From positions 32,001-96,000 of the forward strand of contig JAPDJH010000005.1 of assembly GCA_029259175.1 (NCBI GenBank): a stretch of 64,000 bases of DNA. The letters are read 5' to 3'. Below the pieces are notes generated by a model that ran no database searches, was not told the DNA's origin, and saw nothing but the letters and a program-made list of their open reading frames with translations. Position numbers and translations under genes: made by a program. This document shows, piece after piece, positions 29,392 to 40,497 of this stretch; the first letter of the stretch is position 1, and each line of letters begins with the position of its first letter. The DNA is from Hadesarchaea archaeon. GTDB taxonomy: Archaea; Hadarchaeota; Hadarchaeia; Hadarchaeales; Hadarchaeaceae.

Positions 29392-29613
29392 CTATGGCAC
29401 CTTTATCTCTCTGGCCTCGCGCTCCGTCTCGCGAAGCATGAGAATGTCCCCCACACGCACGGGCCCTTTTACGTTGCGAGTGATGATCCTCCCCTTATCC
29501 CGTCCATCCAGTATTCTGCACTTTACCTGCAGGATCTCACCAGTAACGCCCGTCCGCGCTCTAACTTCAATTACCTCAGCCGGATATCCCAAGCCCTCCT
29601 CTTCTTCAGGCAT
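29392..29613 (-). CDS. rps28e: 30S ribosomal protein eS28
   Basis: [42 protein letters not shown]; ATG 29613. Confidence 0.97.
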   Translation of the reverse strand: MPEEEEGLGYPAEVIEVRARTGVTGEILQVKCRILDGRDKGRIITRNVKGPVRVGDILMLRETEREAREIKVP

Positions 29614-29617
29614 AGAA

Positions 29618-29989
29618 TCACTTCTTGAGTTCCTTGATGCGCTCAACTATTTCGTTCACCAAGTCCGCTGCCTCTCCGGGCTCGATTATTGCCGCCGATG
29701 CCGCTGCGACTTCGATACCACTCGCTGCTCCCAGTTCCTGTTTACTCGGCACGTAGACATAGGGAGTCTCTTTTTCATCGCAGAGCGGGGGTAAGTGGGC
29801 CACTACTTCGGGCGGGTCCACATCTTCCGCTATGACAACCAGCTTCGCTTGTTTGCGTTCGACTGCCTTGGTAACCTCGTTCGTGCCGCGCTTGACTTTC
29901 CCCGTGTCGCGTGCGCGTTCGATCGCCTCGTATGCCTTGTCGGCGAGTTCCTTCGGGACTTCAAACCGCACGTATATCGGCTTGGCCAT
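29618..29989 (-). CDS. rpl7ae: 50S ribosomal protein L7Ae (K-turn binding)
   Basis: [40 protein letters not shown]. Confidence 0.98.
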   Translation of the reverse strand: MAKPIYVRFEVPKELADKAYEAIERARDTGKVKRGTNEVTKAVERKQAKLVVIAEDVDPPEVVAHLPPLCDEKETPYVYVPSKQELGAASGIEVAAASAAIIEPGEAADLVNEIVERIKELKK

Positions 29990-30002
29990 TCACACACCTC
30001 CT

Positions 30003-30022
30003 TCGGGTTATACCTTCATCAT
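30003..30022 (-). promoter_or_regulatory. K-turn/K-loop (box C/D-like) element in the rpl7ae 5' UTR
   Basis: Minus strand AUGAUGA-AGGUAUAAC-CCGA immediately 5' of SD AGGAGG. Confidence 0.65.
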
Positions 30023-30079
30023 TCATTAGCGTAAAAGGATTATGGCGAGCCCATAAAAAGGATTTGGATGAGAGGTCTT

Positions 30080-31549
30080 TCACCGCTTCATTTTCTCCCA
30101 TATCTCTAGCAGTCGCTCTTTCCATTCTCCATCTGCCAAAACTTCGATTCCAACGTACCTGTGTTTGTTCCGTTCAAGAAACCGTCTAACGGCGTCCAAG
30201 GTCTGACGGATCGTTTCCTCTTCCACCTCTTCTGGGATCTCATGCTGCCACAGCGGGTACATCTCCTCCAATTCCTCCGGAATGGGGCCGAACGGGGGTA
30301 CAACTTTAACAAAATGAGGATTGGGGGAAGTGCTCTTGGGTTTCGCCCGGTCTCCAAAAGCAACGTACAGAACCAACGTCTTTCCTTCCGGAGGTGAGTA
30401 TTGTTCCAGTCTCTGCCGGTATCTCAACACTTCTGGCCTATGGCGACAATCGGGTCCGAGATAGAAAAATGCCGATGATTTGCTCACCGGATCATAGCGT
30501 TCGATAAAATCGGCGTGTCGGTAGAACTCCTTCAACCCTTCCAGCAATCGCGGATGTGCCCGACACCTCTGCTCGAGGAGTTCGAACAGCCACCCCTCCC
30601 ATATTGCCTGCCGGATAGTGCGGATTTCAGCAAAAGTCACGTAAAGGTTGTGGCGGCTCAAAAAATCGATTTGCTCGGATTCTGACATCTCACGGACCTC
30701 TCGGGGGGTGTTCTTGACACACATTGGACAGTCGCAAGGAAACCATTCCAATTCACTTAGCTGATGAGTACCGTGAACGGTGAGATATCGGCCGTCCTTT
30801 GCGTACAATGCATACGCTGCAGAATCGAACAGGTCACAACCCATTGCAACCCCTAGAGCTAAAAACATTGGATGGCCTACACCAAAAAGATGAACCGGTC
30901 TCTCCACCGGCAAATTGCGCTTAGCCGCCATCGTGAGGCGAACCACATCACGGAAGCGATAGTTTTCTAAAAGCTCGACCGGACTTCCGATCGCATGCAC
31001 ATGATATTCCAGCCGGCCCATCTCTCGAGCGCACGTCTCTACTAGATCTGTGAAAAGCCCTCCCTGGATTGGGCCACACCAAAGCATGTCTGTCCGAGTC
31101 CTGATTTGTTGTGCTCGCTTTGCCCTCTCGACAGTTATTCTCACCGTCTCCTCTGCTTTTTCTCTGGTGGCTGTAGCACCTGTGGGTACATCGAGAATGG
31201 TGGCGATATCCGAACCAATGCTTTCCTGATACTTCACTATTTCATCTGGATCCACCTCTATCACGCCGTGGCGCAACAACTGGTATGCGCCGCTATCGGT
31301 CATTATAGGGCCGTCGAATTCCAAGAGATTGTGAACGCCTTTCTCGGAGGCGGAGGGGCCAAAATTGCGCCATATCAGATAAGCGTTGGTAATCAGGATT
31401 TCTGCGCCAAATTTCTTTAGTTCGGAACAAGGGATGGTAATCCGCGCCGGGTTTATTACCGGCATCAGAGTAGGGGTTTCCACTATCCCGTGGCGCGTCC
31501 GAAGTCGGCCTATTCGGGCCAAACCATCATGACACAGTACCTCGAACAT
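30080..31549 (-). CDS. tgtA: archaeosine tRNA-guanine(15) transglycosylase, split type without PUA
   Basis: ETPTLMPVINP, IMTDSGAYQ, GPIQGG, PVHLFG.GHP, GCDLFDSAAY, CDCPMC zinc site. Confidence 0.95.
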   Translation of the reverse strand: MFEVLCHDGLARIGRLRTRHGIVETPTLMPVINPARITIPCSELKKFGAEILITNAYLIWRNFGPSASEKGVHNLLEFDGPIMTDSGAYQLLRHGVIEVDPDEIVKYQESIGSDIATILDVPTGATATREKAEETVRITVERAKRAQQIRTRTDMLWCGPIQGGLFTDLVETCAREMGRLEYHVHAIGSPVELLENYRFRDVVRLTMAAKRNLPVERPVHLFGVGHPMFLALGVAMGCDLFDSAAYALYAKDGRYLTVHGTHQLSELEWFPCDCPMCVKNTPREVREMSESEQIDFLSRHNLYVTFAEIRTIRQAIWEGWLFELLEQRCRAHPRLLEGLKEFYRHADFIERYDPVSKSSAFFYLGPDCRHRPEVLRYRQRLEQYSPPEGKTLVLYVAFGDRAKPKSTSPNPHFVKVVPPFGPIPEELEEMYPLWQHEIPEEVEEETIRQTLDAVRRFLERNKHRYVGIEVLADGEWKERLLEIWEKMKR

Positions 31550-31588
31550 CAAACAACAACACGTGCTGAAAAATAAGAGTCTTCGTGT

Positions 31589-32794
31589 TCAACACACCGA
31601 ATGCTTGCCCTCTGCTAGTTCTTTGCAAAAAACGTCTATTCGCTCCAGCTCCGAATCGATGATTTCACGGATTTTCGGTTCAACTTCTTTTAGTTTTGTT
31701 CCCTTTGCAGGGATTACCCGTGCTGCTGCCAGCGCCGGCTGGTCGATCGGTTTTCCGATCTGGCTAACCAGCCACACATAGACCTCTCGTAGGCCGGGAA
31801 CTTGAGAGTGGATTTCCTTCGCTATTCTGTGGGTGAGGAGGTTGTATATTTTGCCCACGTGGCTCACAGGATTCTTGCCAGCCGCAGCTTCAGATCCCAT
31901 GTGCCGGTTGAGGGGGATAACTCCATTTGGCCTGTTCCCACGACCAACTTGGCCCGAATCAGCGCCATCGGCGCTCGTACCAAGCACTGTAAGATAAATG
32001 CCTCCCACGCCCCTCCCTCGAGTATCTAGAGTGTTAATACGGAGTTCAAGATCCAAATCAACTTGCTCTTTCAAGAATTTCAACACGCGTTCGTGGACTT
32101 CCTCCTTTCTCCTGAAGTACTCATCCTCGTTTTCAATGAATCTGTCCACAAAGGCCGCTCCGATCGTTACTGAAAGCTTGGAATTCGTTCTGAACCCCAT
32201 CACCTTGATATCCTCGCCCACTTCAGGGAATTCTCGTTTGAATTCCTTCGAATTCATAAAACGTTCGGTCTCCAGCACCACGCGCTCTGTTTTCGACATC
32301 GGAGCATACCCGACCGCGGCTGAAGTGTCATTGGCACTGAGAACCTTGCCTCCGCGCTTGAAAATGTCGGTCAGGGCCGCCGATCCTGGCTTCAACTCCA
32401 CCTGATATCGGATATGCTTATCCGGATCCACAAATCGAAGGTTCGATTTGATCCAATCCTTTGCAGCTCTTATTGCTATATCTTTCACCGGAATGATTTT
32501 GTCTCCCACACGATCGGTCGCCCGGTCACCAAAAATCAACAACATTGGCTGTTTCACTTCTCCACCTCCAAACCGGGTTTCCACCTCTCCTGCAACAAGC
32601 AAGGACTTGTCGGTGTTGTGATGAAGGATGGTTCCAAACTGTTTGAGGTATTCCCGGCTGAGCTCCACCGATACTCGGTCCAAAATGGCATCACAGATAG
32701 TATCCGGGTGACCCAGACCTTTTCGCTCCACGATTTCTAATTTTTGTTCTTCCAATGGTGTTTGCTTGAACTCTTCGACTACAATATTTCGCAA
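31589..32794 (-). CDS. mat: S-adenosylmethionine synthetase (archaeal type)
   Basis: [56 protein letters not shown]; likely TTG 32794. Confidence 0.96.
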   Translation of the reverse strand: MRNIVVEEFKQTPLEEQKLEIVERKGLGHPDTICDAILDRVSVELSREYLKQFGTILHHNTDKSLLVAGEVETRFGGGEVKQPMLLIFGDRATDRVGDKIIPVKDIAIRAAKDWIKSNLRFVDPDKHIRYQVELKPGSAALTDIFKRGGKVLSANDTSAAVGYAPMSKTERVVLETERFMNSKEFKREFPEVGEDIKVMGFRTNSKLSVTIGAAFVDRFIENEDEYFRRKEEVHERVLKFLKEQVDLDLELRINTLDTRGRGVGGIYLTVLGTSADGADSGQVGRGNRPNGVIPLNRHMGSEAAAGKNPVSHVGKIYNLLTHRIAKEIHSQVPGLREVYVWLVSQIGKPIDQPALAAARVIPAKGTKLKEVEPKIREIIDSELERIDVFCKELAEGKHSVC

Positions 32795-32861
32795 ATCGAC
32801 CCCTGGGTGCTTATAGTTGAAATTGCTTATAAAGGTTGAGACGGGAATAACTGCGAGGAAT

Positions 32862-33437
32862 ATGCGAGTGTGGTTGCCCACGGGTTCTGAAATAAAAAAG
32901 CTTCGCATACGCGCCGGACTCACTCAAAAGGAACTCGCAGACTTGGCAGGAGTAACACAGGCATATATCGCAAAGATAGAGAGCGGACAAGCTGATCCGA
33001 AGCTGTCCACGTTAAGGAAAATCATAGAGACCATCGAAAAACGGCTTTCAACCGTGTCCCCGGTATGCGCGAAGGATATTGCAACTCGGCCCGTGATCTC
33101 AGTGAAACCATCAGAGCCTATCCGAAAAGCCATTTCGCTCATGGAAAAACACAGCATTTCTCAACTTCCAGTCCTTCATGAAGGTCGACAACTCGGGTCC
33201 ATCAGCGAAACAACGCTTGTAAACCGTGTTGCTCGAGGAGAAAAACTTGCTTCTTTGCTGAGGGCCCGGATTTCTACCGTTATGGAAGAGCCCTTTCCCG
33301 TTGTGAGTGGTGAGACAGAAGTACAACGCGTATACCTGCTTCTGGAAGAGCATCCTGCCGTACTCATCACAGAGGAAGGAAAAATCACCGGCATCATAAC
33401 ACGGGCAGATGTCTTTAAGCTTAAAGGTAGAGCGTGA
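32862..33437 (+). CDS. XRE-HTH transcriptional regulator with tandem CBS domains
   Basis: LPT.SEIKKLR..AGLTQKELA..AGVTQAYIAKIESG..DP.LST; ISQLPV; GIITRAD. Confidence 0.92.
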   Translation: MRVWLPTGSEIKKLRIRAGLTQKELADLAGVTQAYIAKIESGQADPKLSTLRKIIETIEKRLSTVSPVCAKDIATRPVISVKPSEPIRKAISLMEKHSISQLPVLHEGRQLGSISETTLVNRVARGEKLASLLRARISTVMEEPFPVVSGETEVQRVYLLLEEHPAVLITEEGKITGIITRADVFKLKGRA

Positions 33438-33472
33438 TAAGCTTTTTCCGATTACGAACAAAGTAGTCGTGG

Positions 33473-34180
33473 ATGAACGATAAAGAAAAAGTTATGAAAT
33501 GGATTGCTGGAGAAATTGTTCTCTCGGATAATCCGGGGGAAAGCTTAAAATTTTGGAGGGAGCGCTTTCGGGTGTCTCAGGCAGATCTGGCCAAAGCGCT
33601 TAAAGTTACCCCTTCTGTAATTAGCGATTATGAGTCCGGGCGTAGAAAGTCCCCCGGAACCGCCACCATCCGCAAAATTGTAAAAACGCTGATAAACATG
33701 GATGAAATGAGCGGAGGGGAAGTAATCCGTAGTCTCTCCCACGTGTTCGGAACTCGTTTGTCTCCGGAGATTGTGCTCGAAATAAGAGAGTATCCGCAAC
33801 CGGTCAAAAGTCACACGGTAATCAAGGCTATTCAAGGTGAAGTTGCTGCCAATCCAGAGCTTCTCGAGCAAAGTGTTTTCGGTTATACTGTGATCGACAG
33901 TGTGAAAGCAATCCTCACTCTCAGTCATGAAGACTTTAGACGTCTTTACGGGCTTACTACCGAACGGGTTCTTGCTTTTACCGGAGTAACTACCGGACGC
34001 TCACCGATGGTTGCCGTTCGGGTTATAGGCATAACTCCGGGCATGGTGGTCCTTCACGGAGCAATCAAGCAAGTGGATGAACTCGCGATAAAGATTGCTC
34101 AGCTATTAAAAGTGCCACTTGTGCTCTCCAAGCTTGAAACTACAGAAGAATTGCTGTTAGCACTTCGGAAATGTGGATAG
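33473..34180 (+). CDS. archaeal XRE-HTH transcriptional regulator (COG1709-like)
   Basis: [22 protein letters not shown]...[16 protein letters not shown]; GYTVIDS; [10 protein letters not shown]. Confidence 0.9.
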   Translation: MNDKEKVMKWIAGEIVLSDNPGESLKFWRERFRVSQADLAKALKVTPSVISDYESGRRKSPGTATIRKIVKTLINMDEMSGGEVIRSLSHVFGTRLSPEIVLEIREYPQPVKSHTVIKAIQGEVAANPELLEQSVFGYTVIDSVKAILTLSHEDFRRLYGLTTERVLAFTGVTTGRSPMVAVRVIGITPGMVVLHGAIKQVDELAIKIAQLLKVPLVLSKLETTEELLLALRKCG

Positions 34181-34182
34181 GC

Positions 34183-34198
34183 ATCGACAATTGTCGAT
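34183..34198. promoter_or_regulatory. perfect 16-bp palindrome upstream of the HMG-CoA synthase operon (candidate operator)
   Basis: ATCGACAA|TTGTCGAT. Confidence 0.45.
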
Positions 34199-34266
34199 TT
34201 CCGATACGACACCGAAAAAAGGATAAAAAAACTGCATCACACCATTTAACAAGCCTTGGTGAAAGG

Positions 34267-35328
34267 ATGATAAAAGTTGGCATCGTGGGCTACGGGGTTT
34301 ACATTCCGAGATACCGCATCAAAGTAGAAGAAATCGCGAGAGTGTGGGGTGCTGATCCAAACCAAATCATGTCGGGGCTTCGAATTCGGGAAAAGTCGGT
34401 GCCCGGACCGGACGAAGACACAGCAACCATCGCCGTTGAAGCAGCGAGAAATGCTGTAAAATACGCCAACGTTAATCCTCGAGACATCGGTGCCATATAT
34501 GTTGGTTCCGAGTCTCATCCCTATGCCGTAAAACCCACGGCAACAATCGTGGCAGAAGCTATCGAAGCCACGCCCAGTCTGACTGCTGCTGACTTGGAAT
34601 TCGCCTGCAAAGCAGGTACAGCTGGTCTTCAAGCTTGTATAGGTCTCGTGGGAAGCAACATCATCAAGTACGGGATGGCTATAGGAGCGGATACCGCTCA
34701 AGGTGCACCAGGCGATCCCCTCGAGTACTCGGCTGCGGCTGGGGGTGCGGCCTTCATTGTGGGCGCCTCCGAGGCCAATCAAACCATCGCTGACTTCGAA
34801 ACGACATGTTCATACACTACTGATACACCCGATTTCTGGAGAAGGGAGGGAAAGCCGTATCCGAAACACGGTGGGAGGTTTACTGGACGGCCAGCCTACT
34901 TTAAACACGTGCTGTCAGCCGCCCATGCACTGCTCCGAAAGTTAAGATTGACTCCCGAAGACTTCACATATGCTGTCTTCCACCAGCCCAATGGAAAGTT
35001 CCCGATTCAAGCTGCGAAAGAACTGGGCTTCACCAAAGAGCAGATAGAGCCCGGACTATTGGCCCCAAGGATAGGAAACACCTACTCTGGTTCGTCTATG
35101 CTTGGTCTGGCCGCTGTTCTCGATGTCGCCAAGCCGGGAGATCGCATAATGGTGGTCTCCTATGGATCCGGTGCTGGGAGCGATGCATTTAGCATAGTTG
35201 TGAACGAAATGATCGAGCAAAGGAGAAAAAACAGTCAAGCACCTCCCGTGGAATTCTACATAAACTGGAAGAAATACATTGATTATGCGACGTATGCTAA
35301 ATATCGCAATCTGCTGGTGGTGGGATGA
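34267..35328 (+). CDS. hydroxymethylglutaryl-CoA synthase
   Basis: [20 protein letters not shown] (catalytic Cys), [35 protein letters not shown]. Confidence 0.96.
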   Translation: MIKVGIVGYGVYIPRYRIKVEEIARVWGADPNQIMSGLRIREKSVPGPDEDTATIAVEAARNAVKYANVNPRDIGAIYVGSESHPYAVKPTATIVAEAIEATPSLTAADLEFACKAGTAGLQACIGLVGSNIIKYGMAIGADTAQGAPGDPLEYSAAAGGAAFIVGASEANQTIADFETTCSYTTDTPDFWRREGKPYPKHGGRFTGRPAYFKHVLSAAHALLRKLRLTPEDFTYAVFHQPNGKFPIQAAKELGFTKEQIEPGLLAPRIGNTYSGSSMLGLAAVLDVAKPGDRIMVVSYGSGAGSDAFSIVVNEMIEQRRKNSQAPPVEFYINWKKYIDYATYAKYRNLLVVG

Positions 35329-36488
35329 GAGAGGTAGCGGTGATTGGAGTAGGCTTGACCAAGTTCGGCGAGCAATGGGATATCTCATTCAGAGAGATGT
35401 TGCTCGAAGCCGGGATCCGTGCCATCGAAGACGCAGGGATTGACGGAAAGCAACTCGATGCGTTGTATGTGGGAAACATGTCGGCAGGACAGTTCGTGAA
35501 ACAAGAACACATCGCATCGCTCATAGCCGACAACGCTGGATTGACACCCATAGCTGCCACCAGAGTAGAAGCTGCGTGTGCCTCTGGCGGGCTCGCGTTC
35601 AGGCAGGCAGTTATTGCCGTTGCTTCTGGCCACCATGACTTCGTGGTCGCCGCCGGGATAGAGAAGATGACGGATTTGCTGACTGCTGGGGTCACTGGGG
35701 CTCTCGCCACAGCTGCCGATCAAGAATGGGAGGTTTACCAGGGGGCCACGTTTCCTGCTTTATACGCTTTGATGGCGCGGCGACACATGCACGAATTCGG
35801 AACCACTGAAGAGCAGCTCGCGATGGTGGCCGTTAAAAACCACTCCAACGCCTGTCTCAATCCCTACGCGCAGTACCACACTAAAATCACTGTTGAGCAG
35901 GTTTTGAAATCCCCGCCCGTTGCCAAGCCCTTAAAACTCTTGGATTGTTCACCCATAACGGACGGTGCGGCGTGTGTGATTCTGGCTCCCGCAGAAAAGG
36001 CACGTCGATTCACGGACACGCCCATATTGGTGGCGGGTACTGGACAGGCCAGCGACACCATTTCTCTTCACAGCCGCCAAACACTCACCGGGCTTATGGC
36101 GACTGTGGAGGCCGCGCGTGCTGCCTATAAAATGGCTGGCATGGGACCAAAGGATGTTGACCTTGCCGAAGTTCACGATTGTTTCACGATCGCCGAAATA
36201 ATGGCTATCGAAGATCTGGGATTCTGCAAGAAAGGAAAGGGGGGTCAGCTAACAGAAGAAGGAGAGACCGCTCTTGGTGGTAAGATACCCATCAACACCA
36301 GCGGGGGGCTCAAAGGGAAAGGACATCCAGTCGGGGCCACCGGAATTGCCCAAGTAGTGGAGATAGTCACCCAGCTCCGTGGGGAGGCTGGAAAGCGACA
36401 AGTGGACGGTGCAGAAATAGGACTGGCGCACAATGTGGGCGGATCCGGTGGGACCGCTGTGGTACACGTGTTAAGGAGGATGGACTAA
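35325..36488 (+). CDS. acetyl-CoA acetyltransferase (thiolase)
   Basis: [36 protein letters not shown]. Confidence 0.96.
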   Translation: MREVAVIGVGLTKFGEQWDISFREMLLEAGIRAIEDAGIDGKQLDALYVGNMSAGQFVKQEHIASLIADNAGLTPIAATRVEAACASGGLAFRQAVIAVASGHHDFVVAAGIEKMTDLLTAGVTGALATAADQEWEVYQGATFPALYALMARRHMHEFGTTEEQLAMVAVKNHSNACLNPYAQYHTKITVEQVLKSPPVAKPLKLLDCSPITDGAACVILAPAEKARRFTDTPILVAGTGQASDTISLHSRQTLTGLMATVEAARAAYKMAGMGPKDVDLAEVHDCFTIAEIMAIEDLGFCKKGKGGQLTEEGETALGGKIPINTSGGLKGKGHPVGATGIAQVVEIVTQLRGEAGKRQVDGAEIGLAHNVGGSGGTAVVHVLRRMD

Positions 36489-36889
36489 TGGGCGTGCCCC
36501 GATTCTGGAGAGAGATCCCGAGCCGGTACAACCTGATCGGTGTGAAATGTGGAAACTGCAACAAGATTTTGTTCCCGCCCAGATTCATCTGTCCTCACTG
36601 CCGCAGGACGGGAAAACTCGAACCCTACAAATTGAAACCGAAGGGGAAAGTGCTGTCTTACACCGTAATCCACGTCGCAGCACAGGGTTTCGAACGGATG
36701 GTGCCATACATCCTTGGCATAATAGAACTGGAAGACGGACCAAGGATAATGGCTCAGATAACGGACTGTGATGAAAAGGAAATCAACATCGGAGACGAGG
36801 TTGAAATCATCTTTCGAAAAATGGGGGAAGAAGGGAAGGAAGGAGTCATCTATTACGGATTCAAGGCGCGAAAAATCCCGAAAAGCTAG
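36488..36889 (+). CDS. DUF35 zinc-ribbon/OB-fold protein (thiolase-HMGCS scaffold)
   Basis: VPRFWR....RY.L.G.KCGNC....FPPR..CP.C; G.I.YGFK. Confidence 0.94.
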   Translation: MGVPRFWREIPSRYNLIGVKCGNCNKILFPPRFICPHCRRTGKLEPYKLKPKGKVLSYTVIHVAAQGFERMVPYILGIIELEDGPRIMAQITDCDEKEINIGDEVEIIFRKMGEEGKEGVIYYGFKARKIPKS

Positions 36890-37647
36890 ATCCGTCTGGC
36901 AAAGGTCATATAACCTGTATGGGCGATCATCCGTGTTTTGGGACGTGTGGCATTCGGCTTTACTTCGATTTCCCGCACCAAACACTCGATGGTGAAGATC
37001 TCTTTGAAGCGGTGGCTGCTCAACGCCTCATACACTCTCTTAACCGGCTCAATACAGGGAGAAAAAACAAAAAGGTGTCCGCCGGGCTTCAAAGCATTTT
37101 CAGCGTGTGGTATCGCGTCCTCAGGCTTTGGGATATCCAAGGTAACCAGATCTACATCTCGCTCGTCTATGCCCTGACAGATGTCCTGCTGCTTTACCGT
37201 CACGACATCTTCGAGGCCGGTGAAGCGTATGTTTCTCCGCGCAAGCTCGACAAAATCTTCTCTTATCTCGTATGAGTAAACATGACCGGTCGGGCGAACC
37301 AGATGACCGAGAAAAATTGCCAAACAGCCCGAGCCGGTTCCGCCGTCCACAACCACGCTGCCCGGCCCCACCCCCGTGTTGGCGAGGATCTGTGCGGCAT
37401 CCTTTGGAAGCAAAACCTGGGGGACACGCCGGATTTTCTGAATATAGTCTACTACAGACGGTCGCAATACTACAAACGGTTTTCCAAGATGTGAATGAAT
37501 TACCGTTCCAGGTTGCGCTCCTATCGCCTGCGAGAGGTCTACCACGCCGAATCGGGTATTGAACTTTCGCGGCTCCGCTCTAACCAGATACTTGCCTCCT
37601 TGCTCGTCAATCAGCAGAACCCGCTCACCTTCAACAAACCCCGACAT
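36886..37647 (-). CDS. trmI: tRNA (adenine-57/58-N1)-methyltransferase
   Basis: PQVLLPKDA, VDGGTGSG, SYEIRED, LDIP.P, TRP..RMIAHTGYMTFAR. Confidence 0.94.
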   Translation of the reverse strand: MSGFVEGERVLLIDEQGGKYLVRAEPRKFNTRFGVVDLSQAIGAQPGTVIHSHLGKPFVVLRPSVVDYIQKIRRVPQVLLPKDAAQILANTGVGPGSVVVDGGTGSGCLAIFLGHLVRPTGHVYSYEIREDFVELARRNIRFTGLEDVVTVKQQDICQGIDERDVDLVTLDIPKPEDAIPHAENALKPGGHLFVFSPCIEPVKRVYEALSSHRFKEIFTIECLVREIEVKPNATRPKTRMIAHTGYMTFARRI

Positions 37648-37694
37648 ATGCTCGAGCCGTTATATATTGGGTGATAAAAAAATAAGGGGTTGCG

Positions 37695-38507
37695 ATGGAA
37701 CAACAATCACGGCCTGCTGTCGAGAAAGGGCCTGCGTGGTGGCTGTTGGGGGTCGCTCTCGGCCTCACCGTCCTCTTTGCAGGATTGGTGTCTCTTGGTC
37801 ACATCAAATGGTCGGGTGAGTTTCAGTCCAGTCTACTGGTCGAAGTGAGAGGCGGGGAAGAACAACAAAGCATTGTTGAGCAGATAAAAGCCATCACAAG
37901 TGCTTCGGTGGCCACGGCGCAAGCTGAAAATCTGCTGTTTGTTGAGGTTTTCACTCCTTACACGGCCGAACTCGCGAGCGAGCTAGAAAATTCTATTTCG
38001 GGCATTGAAGTCAAAGAATTAAAACCGGTGTTTGAACATGATGTGTTTTACTCATTTCTAATTGCACTTGTAGGTGCATTGGTAATACTGGGAGCTCTGC
38101 TCTTGGTAGCGATAAGGAAAAGAAGGCCTGCATGGATTGTTCCTCTTACTATAGGGACAACTATCGGAAGTGCTCTCGGACTTTACGTGCTTGTGGGGCT
38201 TTCAGTCGATCAGCAGACGATTATCGCCGCGGTGCTTCTGGCACTATACATGATAACCATAGAGTCGAGGAGTTTGATCCGACCACCGAGAATGGTTGAA
38301 CCAAAGTCTTGGACCACCCCGACGATGAGTGCTTTGGTGATTCTGCTGGTCTGCTTTCTTCCGGTTTCTCTCATTCTTGGTCCAAGTTTCTTCGTGTTGG
38401 TATTCATCGGAGGTCTGATGGGGTGTTTGACTGTCTCTCTGGTGGTGGAGCCTGCTTTGGTGGAAAAAATGCCTCGTGAGATGGTGAAGTACCATGTCAG
38501 TCTATAG
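37695..38507 (+). CDS. secF: SecF-like membrane protein (divergent)
   Basis: TM1 + WSGEF, short extracytoplasmic domain, five further TMs; precedes the SecD-like gene. Confidence 0.55.
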   Translation: MEQQSRPAVEKGPAWWLLGVALGLTVLFAGLVSLGHIKWSGEFQSSLLVEVRGGEEQQSIVEQIKAITSASVATAQAENLLFVEVFTPYTAELASELENSISGIEVKELKPVFEHDVFYSFLIALVGALVILGALLLVAIRKRRPAWIVPLTIGTTIGSALGLYVLVGLSVDQQTIIAAVLLALYMITIESRSLIRPPRMVEPKSWTTPTMSALVILLVCFLPVSLILGPSFFVLVFIGGLMGCLTVSLVVEPALVEKMPREMVKYHVSL

Positions 38508-40236
38508 AGAAAAGAAGTTCCATCTGTGGGCGCTCCTGAGTGTGCTCTCCCTATTATTAGTATGGCAGCCGTGGCATGGATTGCTCCCGGCTGTGCGGGG
38601 TGTTCCGGCGGGGATAGAAACGAGCGGAGGATATGGAGTTTTGCTGGAATACCAATCATCCATTGTCGATTTTAGGGTTGAAGCTATTGATTTCGATGCT
38701 GCTTGGGACTCCGTTGTGGATGTGCTTTCGCCTTACTGGAGTGCTAGGCTCATTTCGAGCGAGCCGAGTGAAAACCTCATTAGGTTCGAAGTGGGTGGCC
38801 AGGTAACTACCACATACCTGCAGACTTTGCTTGGCACAATAGGAACTGTAGAAAACGTGGTAACAGGAGTTTCACAGCTAGACGAACAAACAGCGAGGTC
38901 ACTCAAACATCGGCTTGACCCTCACGGACTTGCCGGAACTAGTATACGATTGAGCCAAAACAGCATTTGGATAGAAACGCAAAAAGACCCCGAACTCATA
39001 CAGGACACGCTCACAAAACAAGGTCGGCTGGAACTCTTCGTTGAAAAACAACGTGCTATCGGGCCTGAAGATATCCTGGCGATTGGGAGGGCTTCCGAAT
39101 CGGGCACACTGGGAGTGATTCCCATCTACTTCACCGAAGAGGGAGAAGCCGACTTCAACAACGCCGTGCTGGGAAAGGGAGGTTCTCGGCTAACAGCGTA
39201 TCTGGATCGGCCATTCGACGCGGTGATTCTCTTTGATAACGTCCTGCTGCCCGAGTTTCTAAATCTCCTCTATGACAATATTGAAAACATATTCAAAGTC
39301 AAGGATACGCTGGAGCCAATAATGGTCACAGCTTTTCCAACAGATCCCAACGAACTCTCTCCAGAAATCGTTCAATACCTAAACGTCCATGCTGGAGAGA
39401 AACTGCGCGTGATTCTGCTCGGAACCGAAGACGATTTCTCCACCGAATTCCTCGAAGCCATTCCACAACCGTACGTTTACGAGTTCTTTGAAAAAAGACC
39501 GGGAGAAGAAGCCGACGATTGGGTCATTCGGGCTTGCGGGGTGCTCTCGACATTCCTTATAAGCGACGAGTTGGCGGAGAACGGGTTGGCCCCGGGGGGT
39601 GGTATTAACGTGCCCGTCGTTGGAGGATATCAAGCAGCAAAAACTTATCGAACCATCATTGCATACCCGCTCCCGGTTCGGGTTTCTGAAATCACCGTCG
39701 CAACCCTAGAGAGCACGGTCTCTACTAGCTTCGTCGATATGGTGTTTTTCGGCTCTGCCTTGGGGCTGATACTCTCTTCGGCTTTGGTGAGCCGCTGGTA
39801 CCGGCGAGGCGATTTCGGATTAGCTCTGCTCATTAGTGGAGGATCCGTCCTTCTTTTGGTTCTAGCAACTGTCGCGGTGCTCAAGATAACTCTCACAGCG
39901 AATAGCGCACTACTTGTGTCTGGAATATTCTATGTATGTTTGGTCCAACTACTATTTGTAACTCGCGAATTGTTGGCTGGAATAAAAGGTGAGGAAAAAG
40001 TGAAAATCGGATGGCGGATCCCAAAAGCCATTGCCACGATTTATCTCAGTTCTCTCGCGGTTGGAGCTTTGCTCATTGCTTTGAGTGCAATGAAAATCGA
40101 ATTGGTGTTGGGGGGTGCCGCTGTTTTTATTGTGGCGGCCATGCTCAACTCGTTCTTAGTCGCGCCCATTCACGGGAGGATTTTGGAGACTCTGGTATCA
40201 CGGGGTATTGAAAAGCAGGAGCAGGCTCAAGTATAA
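38494..40236 (+). CDS. secD: SecD-like membrane protein (divergent)
   Basis: GIETSGG (GLDL.GG-like), L..RLDPHGL, QGRLE, YLD, LPV, large P1 domain plus five TMs. Confidence 0.7.
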   Translation: MSVYREKKFHLWALLSVLSLLLVWQPWHGLLPAVRGVPAGIETSGGYGVLLEYQSSIVDFRVEAIDFDAAWDSVVDVLSPYWSARLISSEPSENLIRFEVGGQVTTTYLQTLLGTIGTVENVVTGVSQLDEQTARSLKHRLDPHGLAGTSIRLSQNSIWIETQKDPELIQDTLTKQGRLELFVEKQRAIGPEDILAIGRASESGTLGVIPIYFTEEGEADFNNAVLGKGGSRLTAYLDRPFDAVILFDNVLLPEFLNLLYDNIENIFKVKDTLEPIMVTAFPTDPNELSPEIVQYLNVHAGEKLRVILLGTEDDFSTEFLEAIPQPYVYEFFEKRPGEEADDWVIRACGVLSTFLISDELAENGLAPGGGINVPVVGGYQAAKTYRTIIAYPLPVRVSEITVATLESTVSTSFVDMVFFGSALGLILSSALVSRWYRRGDFGLALLISGGSVLLLVLATVAVLKITLTANSALLVSGIFYVCLVQLLFVTRELLAGIKGEEKVKIGWRIPKAIATIYLSSLAVGALLIALSAMKIELVLGGAAVFIVAAMLNSFLVAPIHGRILETLVSRGIEKQEQAQV

Positions 40237-40497
40237 TCCGGTCAAAATCCACATTGCTGCTAAAGCCAGACAAAATTCCTTGAAATAACCGAATTTTTTG
40301 AACGCTCGGGCACCAATTAGCACTATCCCTGTCAGACCTATGGAAAAAAACGGGAGAATCGCTGCAGCAACCCAACGCACGTCAACACCAAACACTATCA
40401 AAAGAAACGCGAGCAAGCCGCCGAATACCAGCAATAAGGTTACAGGATAGAAAAGCGCAAACAAAACGTAAATTCTTGAGCGATGCATACCCATCAC
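40198..40497 (-). CDS. small hypothetical membrane protein
   Basis: Three hydrophobic segments; start overlaps the DUF61 stop. Confidence 0.65.
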   Translation of the reverse strand: MMGMHRSRIYVLFALFYPVTLLLVFGGLLAFLLIVFGVDVRWVAAAILPFFSIGLTGIVLIGARAFKKFGYFKEFCLALAAMWILTGLYLSLLLLFNTP

